A DNA stretch of 64,000 nucleotides from Lophium mytilinum. Its lineage: Eukaryota. Positions 25,150 to 37,714 of the stretch are shown piece by piece. The notes beneath the pieces are model-generated. The model did no database searches and was not told where the DNA came from. It saw only the letters and a program-made list of their open reading frames with translations. Both the position numbers and the translations under genes were made by a program. Position 1 is the stretch's first letter. Each line of letters opens with the position of its first letter. The stretch is from NCBI GenBank assembly GCA_010093605.1, contig MU004197.1, positions 434,001 through 498,000 on the forward strand, given 5' to 3'.

Positions 25150-25520
25150 ACCCAGCTTCTTCTAGCGCATTAAGAACAAGGGCATTAAGATTGTCCAAGA
25201 AACAATAATTGGGGATAGTATTGCTATAGTAGAAGAGAATAACAATCTTTACGCCTATATTAGTTGTACAGAGCTTGTATATAGACTTGTATCCTAATAG
25301 GTTATTAAGAAGGCTTTTAAACCCTATGCCGATCTGAAGCTATACTGCGTAAGTTGCTACTAATATAGTAAAGGCTGCGATAGTTTTCCCTATACATGAG
25401 CGGGTCTTTTATACTAGCACAAGGTATGCAAGATTTATTAAAAGCGTGGCATATGCACTAAGAATAATTGTAGGAAGCTTTATAGGGCACGCTATATATA
25501 TAAAAAATATGTAAAGATGG
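25150..25520. other. TpA-rich, probably RIP-mutated relic
   Basis: Local AT enrichment with dense TA/TAG/TAA, no ORF. Confidence 0.45.
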
Positions 25521-27958
25521 AGGAGCGGAGAGATGAAACGCATGCATTGATCTACAAGATCCAGCGGATGGCGGAGGTGGACTGGAGGGAACTTTCGGAG
25601 ATCATCGATTACATAACCACTTCAAGGACTCAAAACGGAACCCAAGGTCACACTCACTCCACATGTGAGTGTCATGATTGGTGTGTATGAGTACACGAGC
25701 ATGGATCATATTCGTCAGCTATTTTCGACCGCGACGCCGGGGTCTAGGCTAAGATCGTGGACGGTTCGAACGAGAGGGCTCAGCCACACATGAGTGTGCC
25801 GTTTCGTGATTTTTACACTCCAGCACACAGCAACCCTTCATGGTGATGTTTGCAATGTTGTTGCTTTGAGGCCCAGTGCAACAGAACCTAATAGTTGGAA
25901 GGATAGAGTTTCTTCAAAACCAACCCCACTCGACTTGAGAGGTAATAACAACCCCGTCTCGAAATCCCACGCACAGCCGTCCTCCATGAACCATGTTAAG
26001 TCGCAGAGTTGATTTGCGGCGCTCCAGAACATGTTCTCATTTCTTTCGGTATTTTGAGACCAAACCCAACAAGCATACATCGCAAGAAGTTTTATTGTGA
26101 AATGAGTCTGAGTGTTCCGTGCATCCACTCTAGGCATCCCAACTGGGTTCCAAACTCAATATGCAATGTAAGACTCGACACAGTATACATCCGGCTACCC
26201 TTTGGCTGACCAAGGATATGACAACCGCATTTCTCCTTACAGTAGTCCTGAACGAGCAAGAGTAAAGCCTACTAGTGCAAATGAAACATCCGTGTGCAAA
26301 ACCATGGCCTAAAGTGCCAGGCCATAAGGCTTGCGCACACCAGTTTACCACTCTTTGGGGTACCGCGCAGAGTTTCCAAAGTCTAAGTGCGATGTCAAGT
26401 TTCAAGCGTTGTAAATCAAACTGCTCCTTGACTCATTAGCTACTGATCAGCTAAGCTACTCCTCCCTGTGGTGCCCAGAGAGCAAGCATGGAGCGAGCCA
26501 GGAAGTGATCATATTCGTTGCCCAAACTCAGAAGCAAATACTGTAGTAGTGTAAAGAGGTATCTCTCAACATCCTAGCCTACACACCTGTTGCACGTGTT
26601 TTGTAGAGGTAAAGGAATCTGATCTCTAAGACGCCATGACATGTCTTGAATGATATAACCGAGACCAGAACCGTCTCCCCATCATTTGAAAAGCCAGCGT
26701 AGTTTCAAAACGCTAGCTTATAGCCTTCCCCATGTGCCTTCGGGAGGATCGGGTTTTCCTATTTTCCGGATCATGTAGATGCATGATTGGCAATTCTTGA
26801 AACACCTAGACTACCCACTGATTCCATGGTGTGTCCTTGCCGACTTTTGGTCGAGCTCACAGCACCCTCCATCATACGAAGGAGTTCGTTTCTTTTGATG
26901 CACAAGTGCTAGGCGAAATCGGCCTTGGCGTTGTGCAACAAAAGAACGGAACTCCTCCGTAAGTCCAGGCCAATCCGAGCATAGCCAAATAGAATCTCGA
27001 AGTAGGTTGATTCCCCAGCCCATAACCAGTCTTCATGAAGGGTTGAAAACGAGTTCATTTGATCTCCAACCTCCCAGACCATGACTCGATGGTTCACCAC
27101 AGCATGTTGAGGACAAGACCACACACCACACATGCTACATGCTCGGCCTTCCGGCAAGACGATGAACGAATCTCCAACCCCAGTGCGCAGCCACTCCCAT
27201 AATGAATGATTTGGTCAGGATTGACAAACCGCAGACCACAGCCAAACTGTATCATGGTCAACTGTCTCTGGTTCGATCTCCACCACTCCGAAGAGAAACA
27301 TTCCTACGTTGTTCCTGGGCTTTGGAACCCAACACACCCTCCATGGGTAGATACCATCTCCTAGTTGAGTCCCCTACCCACACCAGGTCTCTCCTCCCCA
27401 GTCCTTCCAGGACTGTTCTGCTCGCACTTGACGACCCCAACCACCCACTTCCCTCTGCCGAAAAAATGTTCAAGTACGTTGGCAGACCCTTCTTATATAC
27501 CCACTTACCATTGCCGTGCCCGGCATCTCGCAAGGCCGAGGATGCGAGGAAGTGATGTGGTCATGGCGAAAACCGGAGGGGTATGTGGCACGCGGTTACA
27601 CAAAAACGCATGTGAAGACGAAGAAGAGGAGCGATGAAGAGCATTGATTGGTCTACAGAATCTAGCGGTGAGAATAAATAGGAGTCTACCGAAAAGAGTC
27701 AAGAGCGGAATGAGAAACATGATACGATACTATGTCATGAGTCTGAGAACATGGATCTCGCGTTACATGGCCTTTACTCGTGATCGCTCGACGCCACTGT
27801 CAAGAGTAGCCCACCAAGATCAGATACACTAACCAAAAGGAGGTGGACGGGAAGAGACTTCCAGAGATCATCAGTGACCTTGACTTGAAACAGAGGTTGG
27901 CACATTAGCTTGGAATAACAAGGACGGTTTAGTACGACCGAGAAGGTAAAGAAGGCAC

Positions 27959-29671
27959 TCACTTCCACGGGAACACTTTCAACCACGAAATTTTCGGGCC
28001 GTCGGCGTTTCCATCCTCGCCTTTCTCAAGATCCCTAGGGGCTGTAACTCGTGCGTGCGCCGGATGCATGTGACTTGTGCATTCCCCGAAGCACCTGTTG
28101 CATACCCACCATCTCACAGATCCGCCGCGCATATCAGTCTTACAGGTGCGGCACTCCAGCTCCCGCTCATTTTGTAATCCTACTCCTTGCGCATATTCTC
28201 TCAATTGATTTTTGTAGCGCTGCTCCCTAGCAGCTTGCAGCTCAACGTAATTTTTGTTGGCTTTTACATAGCATCCTGGGCAGATCCAGTGGTCCAGTGT
28301 TGATGCATCGGAAATCCAACATCGGCATTGCCGTTTGTCTATGGCAGTACGTCGTATCCCAGGACGAATCGATTTGAAGTAGCATTTGGTGCAGGTAGGT
28401 CTACAGAGTTGGAGATGGCGAACACCAGCTAGGCCGGGCATTTTCGCGGCTTGGGTGCAATCCTGTCAAGTGCTGATTAAGGAGCTGACTGATGAAGATT
28501 GCACGTGATCTAGAGTAACTTACGGCGCAAACTTGCTTGTTACAGTATTCGCAACAACTTTTCGTGTCCAAACTGCACGAGTATGCCTTGAGCTTGCGGA
28601 CTCGATGTTCATAGTCGCCGGCTGGGAAGACTGATTCGCGGACGCTCTTTGAAGTGAGACTTAGATTGATGAGGTCGTTGTAGTGGAGATTACTAGCAAT
28701 TGGCAGAAGCAGATGCTCGATGTTGAAGATGCTCTCAAGCTTAGGGTTTGAGATTTTGATACCGTTGTAGTTTGGAACGTACTTTAGCGGTTTCTCGAAT
28801 TCGATAGGTTTACACCCGCGGAGCTGACGTGCCACCTTTTTCGTAAGTCGATATAGAAATCGAGATCGACGGACGGCGGCACAAGCAAACCAGTACGGCG
28901 CTCCGAAGACAAACATTACGAACCACGCAAAGGGTCGATATGGGTTGAGAAGACTGTATTCGCGGATATCGCAAAAAATGCCGATATAGGCGATGAGCAT
29001 TTGGAAGACGCTGGCCTCAGTGTGAGTAAGCGATAAGGTCAACAGTCGTTGGGATACCTACATAACGACTACTCCTAGAATCCAAGGCAAAACGAAAGAG
29101 TGGCACCGATCATTGGCCGTTTCCCGAGACTTATAACTTGCTGCTAGGGCGAAGAAGCTGGGATAATCACCATGAACTTGCCAAGTATCCGCTTTTTTGC
29201 ATTTAGCCAGCGTAGCAGGCAGGTAACTCGCTTGCATGGCAGCGCCGATGATCATAACCAGAGCAAGCACTAGATCGACAAGCCCATACCAGAAAATCGC
29301 CCAACCCTTCCATACCAGGAGGAGGGTGAAGCCGAGGAAGGTCCACCCAAAAGCTGCCACACTCTTTTAAAGAATAAGTAAGAGACTTAAAAAGTGTGCT
29401 AGAGAGTTTCAGAAGATCCGAGACGAAGGACGGTCTAGTGATGACCTAGTGGATGCTAAGAAAGGAATAGGCTAGTACGTACCCCTGCGTACAGCAACTC
29501 CTGCGACAACAAGACGTTCTTGTTGTGTGGAGGCTTAGTAAGTTGATCATGTAGTTTTACCAGCTGGTAGTTATCTTTCGCAGCGAATGCTAATATCCCA
29601 ACCACAATGACTTCGCAGAACCGGAGAACGAGAATGCATCCCACCGTCCCCTTCGCACTAGCCTTGGGCAT
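27959..29671 (-). CDS. Multi-pass membrane protein (MARVEL-like N-terminus) with F-box-like segment and Cys-rich C-terminus; 3 introns (~29364-29482, ~29011-29061, ~28464-28523)
   Basis: Spliced frame ...ELLYAG|SVAAFGW...GVVI|VFQML...KQVCA|DCTQAAKMPG; LLLPIASNLHYNDLINLSLTSKSVR; multiple CxxC; start could be 29713. Confidence 0.7.
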
Positions 29672-30249
29672 CTTTGCATGCCTACGGCTACCACATTTCA
29701 TCAAGAAACTCATGATGACTTCAGATAGGCAGATGAAACTGTCAATATGGCAAAGGTGTGAGCAAGAAACGATTAGGGTAAAAATGAAGTAAGATATAGC
29801 AAAAAGGTGCGTGAAATAGTTGCGGCGTTAGGTAAAAGATAGGGAAAGCAAAAGTGCAAGGCAGCAGGAAATTGATCTGAAGACTGGCCCTATAACTCGC
29901 TAGGCAGAGGTTGGACTGCAGAAAGCGGGCGCGAGGCTGAATGAGGCCGTTGTAGGAGTCCGCATCTCAGAGTCGCTTGCTGTGTGCCGATATCCGGGAA
30001 GAAGAAGGCCAGATTTGAATTCTAAATATAATTAGGGATATTATGATGTCGTGTTCGTACCGTCCTGATCACGATGGATTCACGTCAGGCAGACATGTAT
30101 CCGTGGTTGAACATTGGGACGGCGTGGGATGACCCCGCTGATACCTTACCGCGCTAAGCCCGTACGCGAGCACGATGCTGTGATAATGTGGGAATGATGT
30201 TGAAATACAAAATGCATTCGACCTCAATTACCTTTACTAGCAATGTCCT

Positions 30250-30700
30250 ACAAAACATATGTTGTGAAAAGATGATTTTATCGGCCTAACATCAATTTGC
30301 ACCCAACATCATTTTCGCCTAAAACATCATTTTCCCGGTAAACATGCTTTCCTACCTCGCTTACATAAGCTGTATTATTTTCTATTACCTAAGCTTAAGC
30401 TTCGGCACCCTACATACTAATAGCCGGGGCACACCCTACCATGCATTTCCACCCCACCGCCCATAATATCGTGGGTATTAGACTGGTCTAGGGTAAACTT
30501 TCTAAATTAGGAATTATTAAGAAGGAATTAACCTAATAGCGTGGGTGTGGCAAAAGATACAGCATTACCGAGGGGGTAAAAGAGGGGTACCCAGGGATGC
30601 TTAGGAAATAACGCCTTAGAACATGATTTTAAGGTCGAACATGGTTTTAATTGTAACATGGTTTTCCAGCGGAACATCTATCTAGTACAACACGCTTGTG
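30250..30700. repeat. Degenerate ~18-bp period array (AACATsRTTTT) in two blocks around a TA-rich core
   Basis: Motif at ~30254, 30269, 30288, 30305, 30323, 30341 and 30620, 30638, 30655, 30673. Confidence 0.6.
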
Positions 30701-32940
30701 AAACTCTACTATTTCAACACCATAGCTGCAGCAACGTGACGCCGGTATTGGATATCATGTTTCCAAGGCAGGCTTAGGGCACCATGCGCCGAAGATAAAA
30801 TCATGTGGGCATCATGCTGGCATGATCCTCGGTGCAAAATCATCACAATACGATGCTCGCGTATAGGCTTGGCGCGGTAAGGTAGTGCTGAGCCACACCG
30901 CCACAAATGCTGCGCCCCGAGTTTTAGCCAAGCCGGAGCCACAATCATCCGTCGAGGCGTGAAAACCTTCAATCTTCATCCAGCTTCTTCCATTTATCGC
31001 GAACAATAGCTCTAGGGCGGATGAGAGATGAACTTGACGGCTATGAAGCTTTCTATCATGGCTCTGGTCTACGGTGAGGTGCCCATGAACCCTCCTGAGT
31101 ACTACAAGACATCATATGGGGAAGTATCTGCCTTAACGGTCTTCATTCTCGTTTTCATAGAATCTCTACTTCGTTATTTACACATCCTTCATTACTTAGC
31201 CCTGTCATTGCTCCAAACCCGTTGTCGAACGTTGCGAAATGAAGTTTCACACGCTCAAACGCACCCTCGACGGAGGCAGAGTTCTTCGGCACTACGAACA
31301 AGCAACTGAACCGCCTATGCTCGCCTCGTATTACATCGTTAGAAGTATCAATTTTAGATTCAATATCGTCAGGTGAGCGTTTCGTCAATGCGCGAAGCAA
31401 CTCCCCAGCGACGATGGAAGGTGAACTCCATGACCATGAGCAATCGTATTTTCTATGACTAAGACCCCTCTTGTAACCTGTCCTGTCGGATATTCGGTTG
31501 AGAGATCGACATGAAATTGCAGGATCTGAAAAGCTGGTTCAAGAGTTTCGCTTTCGATTTCGGCTTGAAACTGAACGGTGCCGTTGATTGAAGTACAACT
31601 CCACGTATGTACATTAAGTTGCCTCGGACGAGGTGTAGGTGGTGGTGCGACAGAGACGTAGTAGCCTGGCACAGTCCAGAGCAAGTCTATCGCTAGTTCG
31701 CCGCGAAATTGTCCAGCAACTTACTCATCCCGCTCATCGAAGCGTTCTTCCAGGTATCAGACAGAGGTAACCACGAAAGAGCTGCGGACGGAATTACACA
31801 GCCATGCCTTTAGAGAGCAATCCCCAGGCTTTTTCTCCCCCGTACGGCCGATTCTAGAAAACGAATGAACTACCGGAGTCGGTGTCTGCCGCCGCAATGA
31901 AGAACTTAGAGTAGATGCCGCATGTGCAACATCTAGTCTGCCGGTTTCGATGCCCGGGTGCGGATTCGCTGTCTCTTTTGGTGCAACCAGTTGGATCCAT
32001 CCGTGTATCCGAGCAGTCTTCGATGGAAAGATATCGTTCTGGAACACGAAGGAGCTGGAGTCCTGAATTTCCATGCCAGGCTCAAGATTCTCGCGGCTGC
32101 GTAAAGGAGAGCGCACGTCGAGCTTTGGATTTACTCAGACGATGCGCGGACGATCTCGAGGGCTACGTCGAGGGAATGTGGCGGGTCTCGAAAACAGGTA
32201 CAATAACAGGTCGAGCAAGCTAGTCTCAGCAATGTTACTGAACAAGAAAACGTGAACCTAGGAATACAGCGAGTATCCAATTTCAACAAAAGCAATTACG
32301 AACATAGTACGACAGTATCAACGACAATTCTCGGAGAAGGCAGTAACTCGCAACCCAGCAACAATAGGAACAACAACTAAATAATCAAAGGGGAACCGTA
32401 AAAGCAGCAGAACAGGCAAAACTCTCTCGTTACATCGTCAAAAAGCAGGTTTCCGGTCAAGAACGACGCAGCAAACACAGGATGACCAATAGGAAAGCGG
32501 CACGACATGCGTTAGTCGTAGCGCCGGCGCCTAGTGACTGTACGCTTGTACGGCCGATGCGGGCCAAATGGACCCAGGACACATAAAAGAGCGCAAGGAA
32601 TGAAGCGTTCAATGGACATTGTAATTCTGGTGAAGAGTGGATCAGCGTAAAGGTAGGAGTTTCGGGGATGGAACGGACGGGAGGGGTGTTGTGGGGGGTG
32701 GGGTAGGTATGCTTATCGGACATGGACTAGGGACGCCTGACGGCGCTCTAGGCCATAAAGCGCTTGGCGTGCATATGCTCCGCCCCGTTGTTTCCAATGG
32801 GCTCCTCCTTGCTGCGCCAGCTTCATTCATCCCGGGGATTGTATCGACGGGGACGTTCGTCAACGTTGGTGATGTTTGTGATCGAGCTGCCGAGTTCAGA
32901 CTCAGTGCGGGATCCTTCGGGCTTGTGCTGTACCTCCACT

Positions 32941-33660
32941 ATCCATCAAGATACCGACCTTACATTCAAGGACATACACGGCTTTATCGAGGCTCTCATG
33001 GCGAATATTGTGGTGTTCGAGAACCTTGCTCTTGTTCAAAAGTGTAGTAACCCAGAACGTTTCCGACTTCGCTTTTTAGTGCTCCAAGATCCATAACCTA
33101 AACATCACGAGGGTCACTTCTATCTGCGATTCACAGATCTTTCAGAGGACGAGGAAAAGTTGCCATACGTGGCGGTATCATATACCTAAGATCATGCCAA
33201 TTCACAAGGTACATAAGAATCAAACCTGACCTACCATATCACGCATTGCGAAGACGCCGCTCCGAACGACTATTCAAGCGGAAACAAACAATGGCCCATA
33301 TGTCCAGTCGATGTCCTTCATCGTGCAATGTCGTTTGCGACTAGGGAGCTTGAGCAACCTTCGTATATGGACTAAGCAGGAATTGATTTACTAGAGCAAT
33401 GCCGTGGATGTCGAAAACCAGTTCTACGTGATGCATACGATATATTCCAAAAGTGCTCATACAGTTGCTGTGTTGTCAAGTGTTGTATTGCAACAAGAGT
33501 GGATGGACGCTCTTGAAGCCCTCCACTAGCAAGAAAGATTGGCTGAATTCAGGCCGCAGGCTGGTACGCTGTGAAGATGAAGAAACTCTCTTGGGAACTA
33601 AAAAAGGAACGACGTAAGTGGTTCCATCGCGTATGTGAGAACTTTAAAGCGTGTCTCTAA
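32941..33660 (+). pseudogene. Decayed tandem paralog of the HET-domain gene
   Basis: IHQDTDLTFKDIHG vs MQRDTALTFGDIHG; FRLRFL, LRFTDLSE, PYVAVSYT*DH, CPVDVLHRAMSFA, VMHTIYSKS.HTVAVLSS; in-frame TAA/TAG and frameshifts. Confidence 0.85.
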
Positions 33661-34355
33661 CTAGTATTTGGAGAATCCGGTTCATTCAACTAGCATCTAG
33701 ACAATCGCTCAGGCTTCTATATTCAACAAGAAACCACTTCTCGGTCCTTCAAATTCTTCCTCCCGGATCGCCAACTGCTCGGCCACTTGTAACACTGTAA
33801 CAACGTCTGGGTCGAATCGGGTATCCGCTCGAGAAAGCCTCGCTCTTGGCGTGCATGAACTCCGCCACGAAGCCGTCTCAGCCTAGAACACCACGCTGCT
33901 TCAGCCTGTGTACACCAGCACCAACCTCATTACAAACGGCGTTCTTCGAGCCAGCTCACTTCTAACTCCAGTGTGTTCGCGTCTTGCTCGTGTGTCCTTC
34001 AGTGGAAGTGCGCGCACACGTGAGAAAGCCGACATCGCGAGGTGGTACCAGACGAGGCTGCAGCGCTTCCAGCCTCACGCAATCATTATTGACGCCATCT
34101 TCACACTACCAACTCTGGAGCTTTGAATCGAAAAGAAGTTGCACCCGGTTGCAGGCTCTAGTGGTATTTCGGACAGCTTCCGACCATCCCAAGGGACTAC
34201 CACTTCAGTATCTTATTAAGCGACTTGCTTCCGATATCGTGAGCTTCGCATCTCGTTGGCCGCCCTCTGACTCAACTGAGGTTCCTCGGACAGCGTCATA
34301 TCAAGCTGAAATCAAGCTATCTTGCTGTACCTGCACTTGCGACCGGATCCCAATC

Positions 34356-35900
34356 ATGCAACGAGATACGGCGCTCACGTTCGGGGACATTCATGGGTCT
34401 TTGGAGGCTTTCCAAGCTAGCGTGGACGAAATACAGAGACTTGCCATGGTTTTTGAACCTGATTCTATGGCGTCCTTTCAAGCTGGGGCCAACGGTGTCC
34501 CTAGCTTTACCCGACTCAAGGAAGCTACGAATGACCATTCGAGAAACTTTCGCCTACGTCATCTCGTCCCTCATGAAAAGCCAATGTCAATACCCGGACG
34601 CCAGGCGCCTCCTAACACTGGACGAGAGATACAGATACACCTCCGGCTTACAGATCTTTCGGAGTATGTACACTCGCAACCCTACGTTGCAGTCTCATAT
34701 ACCTGGGACCACGTCAAATCACACAAATTTGAAGACGGAGACGACCCTCTTCCGGAATACTATATTTGGACAGGAGAACACGCCTATCGCCCAGCAAAAT
34801 GCCACGTCGAAGTCCTTCATAGAGCTATGCGTTTTGCTGCTGCAAAGCTACCTCAGCCGCGAATTTGGATCGATCAAGAATGCATAGAACAGGACAATCC
34901 TGACGATCTTGAGAACCACTTGCAGATAATGCATAAGATATACTCTGAGAGTTCGTTTACTGTTGCGGTTTTGTCTTCGACAATCTCCACGCAAGGTCTC
35001 GTCGATGTTCTTGACGCATTCCTCCACCAGGATCCCGCTACTCTTCCATTTGCTTTTGGGACAATCGACCCAAACCGTCAAGCCAGGGAATTCCAATTGG
35101 CAGAGGCTAAACTGAGGGCACTCGACCCTCTCGACTTGGGACGTTGGCAAAATCTGTGCCCCGGGGTCGCACGTGACTATTTGGCCATAAGTAACCCAGA
35201 AGAGCACCAGAAGCTACTAAACACTCTTGACATATACCTTATCCTCAGACGTGTCCAGAGAACCTTCGATTATATCTCACAAGACAGATGGTTTAAGAGA
35301 ACGTGGACTTTTCAAGAGAAACACTGTGGATCACGTCTACATTTCCTGATTCCCATCGGCACGGCCATTCAATCGAAGAGACTAGAGAGAATCGGCGGAG
35401 ATATTTGCCTCGAGAAGCTTTTCCTTTCTCGGAAGATGTGGCGATGGAGCGACCACAGCTGGGAGAGCACACGAGGCCTTGCAAATCTGCTCGAAAACCA
35501 CTTCGCTCTCCCACCTTATGAACCACAGGGGACACTGCCACCACATTCACAAGCCGCATTAAGAACCGGCTCTAGTTCGAATCAGACTTTTTTCGGTGCT
35601 ATGCAAAAGACACACCAGGCTATGGAGACCTGCGATAACCTGGTTGTAGCTGATCGAATAGCCATATTTGCTAGCGTCAATAACTTCCCCACCCGACTAA
35701 AGTCTACGTTACTCAATCGAGAACGATACAGCTATAGCACGTGTATTCTGACCCTCGCTCTCAAGAACTCTGGATGGTTTGTCACCCACACCCTTGAACT
35801 GCAGCAGCCCTGGGGTCTTCTCAATATGACGCTGGAAGAGGCCCTTATCAACTTAGAATACTACTCAGGATATATGAACTGGACAGTCCCAGGTTGGTAA
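34356..35900 (+). CDS. HET (heterokaryon incompatibility, PF06985-type) domain protein, intronless
   Basis: YVAVSYTW, IWIDQECIEQD, MHKIYSES..TVAVL, WFKRTWTFQE; ATG 34356 chosen by alignment with the upstream pseudogene. Confidence 0.88.
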   Translation: MQRDTALTFGDIHGSLEAFQASVDEIQRLAMVFEPDSMASFQAGANGVPSFTRLKEATNDHSRNFRLRHLVPHEKPMSIPGRQAPPNTGREIQIHLRLTDLSEYVHSQPYVAVSYTWDHVKSHKFEDGDDPLPEYYIWTGEHAYRPAKCHVEVLHRAMRFAAAKLPQPRIWIDQECIEQDNPDDLENHLQIMHKIYSESSFTVAVLSSTISTQGLVDVLDAFLHQDPATLPFAFGTIDPNRQAREFQLAEAKLRALDPLDLGRWQNLCPGVARDYLAISNPEEHQKLLNTLDIYLILRRVQRTFDYISQDRWFKRTWTFQEKHCGSRLHFLIPIGTAIQSKRLERIGGDICLEKLFLSRKMWRWSDHSWESTRGLANLLENHFALPPYEPQGTLPPHSQAALRTGSSSNQTFFGAMQKTHQAMETCDNLVVADRIAIFASVNNFPTRLKSTLLNRERYSYSTCILTLALKNSGWFVTHTLELQQPWGLLNMTLEEALINLEYYSGYMNWTVPGW

Positions 35901-36261
35901 CCCAATCACTAGCGGCAGTACCATCTCGAGACGCGAGCTTCTGGGTACGAATGGCTTCCCACGTGGCTCTTTTGACCGAACTACATGGGCTATCACTCGA
36001 AGTTGTATACATCATCGAAACTACTATCAAGAACAGTGGGGAGTCGCAACTGTCTCGGGCCGGTTGTATTTGCGTCACTTCACCTCGCTTCAGCTTGATC
36101 CGCATCGATCACTTGCACAGAGTCAGCTGCTCTTCGCAGCCAAGTTTCCTCCATGTATACCAATCTGGCTAGCAACAGCTTGCATATGCATCTCGATCGA
36201 ACGGAAAATCTCCAAACGCCTCGTGCTTGGCATGCATGAGTCTCGCCACCGGCCTTTCAAG

Positions 36262-36909
36262 CTATGATGACAAGCTTAAGAAACCGTGCTTTCTTGGACG
36301 GCGGCGAAGGGCGTTGAAAGTTGTAATAGAGGTCAGAAGAAGACCACGACGACTTTGTCCGGCTCCACAGCACGATGGCCCATCGCTTCTTTCCTCTGCG
36401 ACTACTCCGTCACCGAAGACTGCAACGTACCGCGATTTGGGAGGATTATAGTGCGGAGAGTCTGCTGGCGCCACCGGCTGCCGGCCGCAGGTCGTGGTCG
36501 AGAGGTAGATTTCGGCGAGGAGGTAGAAACGGAGATGGTTTTTCGTGCCCTAAATGTGAGGAAGAGTTCGGAAGCTTCTCATTAGCAAGCTGCTGACATT
36601 GGTGGTAGGGGAAATCTTCTCAAGATGCTGGAAGGAGCTTCTAAGCCCGTCTGCAGCGTCACGCAAATCTAAGCTCTGCGCTCTCGATTCGTGCGACAAA
36701 CTCTGAGCATGGTGCTGTGCGCGCGAAGGCGCTTCGATGCGTTGCTCGGCGCCTCTCTGGAGACGGGATCTCAGGATGTCGTGAGGGTGCAACGACTGCG
36801 GACCGCTCCGGTAAGTGGTCGAGTGAGAATTGGGCGTCGCAAGCCAGATTGTGAACGGAGGGACGGAATGCCTAGAGAGGGATCCGCTGGAGCTCTTCAA
36901 CCAGAACAC
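36262..36909 (-). pseudogene. Possible decayed orphan ORF (two in-frame ORFs separated by one TAG)
   Basis: 36550-36909 and 36262-36474 share a frame; no recognisable domain. Confidence 0.2.
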
Positions 36910-37622
36910 GTGTCCACGGATGACATCTCCCTCAAAACTACAATCGAGGTGGACGGGCGACGAGTGTGTTTGTGCGGCTGTCGCCGCGCTTACGTTGAAA
37001 TAGTTTCAAAGCAGGCCACCGTATAGTGAAGAGGAGACTTACTGTGAGTGAAGATGAAAGATCCTGATTAATAACAATGAAGACAGTGAGGAGGACAGCA
37101 GATTAGAGCCTATCGTCGTGGGAATGATAAAGAGAATCACACATGTAAAAAGTGACGCGTCGCGAGACGCATCGACGTGAAGCCGGGTTGCTTGCTTGGG
37201 AGATCTTCACCTTCACCCTGCAAGGTTCCACGGAAGCATGTCACAGACCTTTGAGTCTTCACAAGAAAGAGATTGTTTGGAGCGACTATAAGACTATGTA
37301 CCAAGTGAAACTAGACTTCTACCCTGCTTCCCACAACAGCTCTTCACCTCCGATGCATCAAGCAGCAACCCAAAAGCCGGATACGAACCTGCGTCGCGAG
37401 TGCGTGCTGTTAGCATGGTGAAGAGTAAAGAGAAGGAAGAGACTTACCAAAGGAGTGAAGAGAGCAGGCCACCATCCTCCTGGTGTCTCGCAGCGGGTGC
37501 CAACCACCCCCCGACCCGTCCACAATTGAGAAGACTGTGTTAGCAAAGCTCGAGGGACAACATACCTAGCAGCGGGGGCATGCCACTTGGAAAAGACACC
37601 AAGATGGCGGTCTCGCCAAGGA

Positions 37623-37714
37623 GGAACTTGCCAAAGGTCAAACAACCAATGAGCGAACCAAACAAGGCTGCCAGAGAAGGGAACTTGCCAAAGGTCAAAC
37701 AACCAATGAGCGAA
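37623..37714. repeat. Direct repeat of 35 bp, period 57 bp
   Basis: ggaacttgccaaaggtcaaacaaccaatgagcgaa at 37623 and 37680. Confidence 0.85.

Noticed and set aside
33984..34355. N-terminal extension of the HET ORF from a TTG start
   Set aside because: Homology with the upstream paralog begins at ATG 34356; the extension looks non-coding
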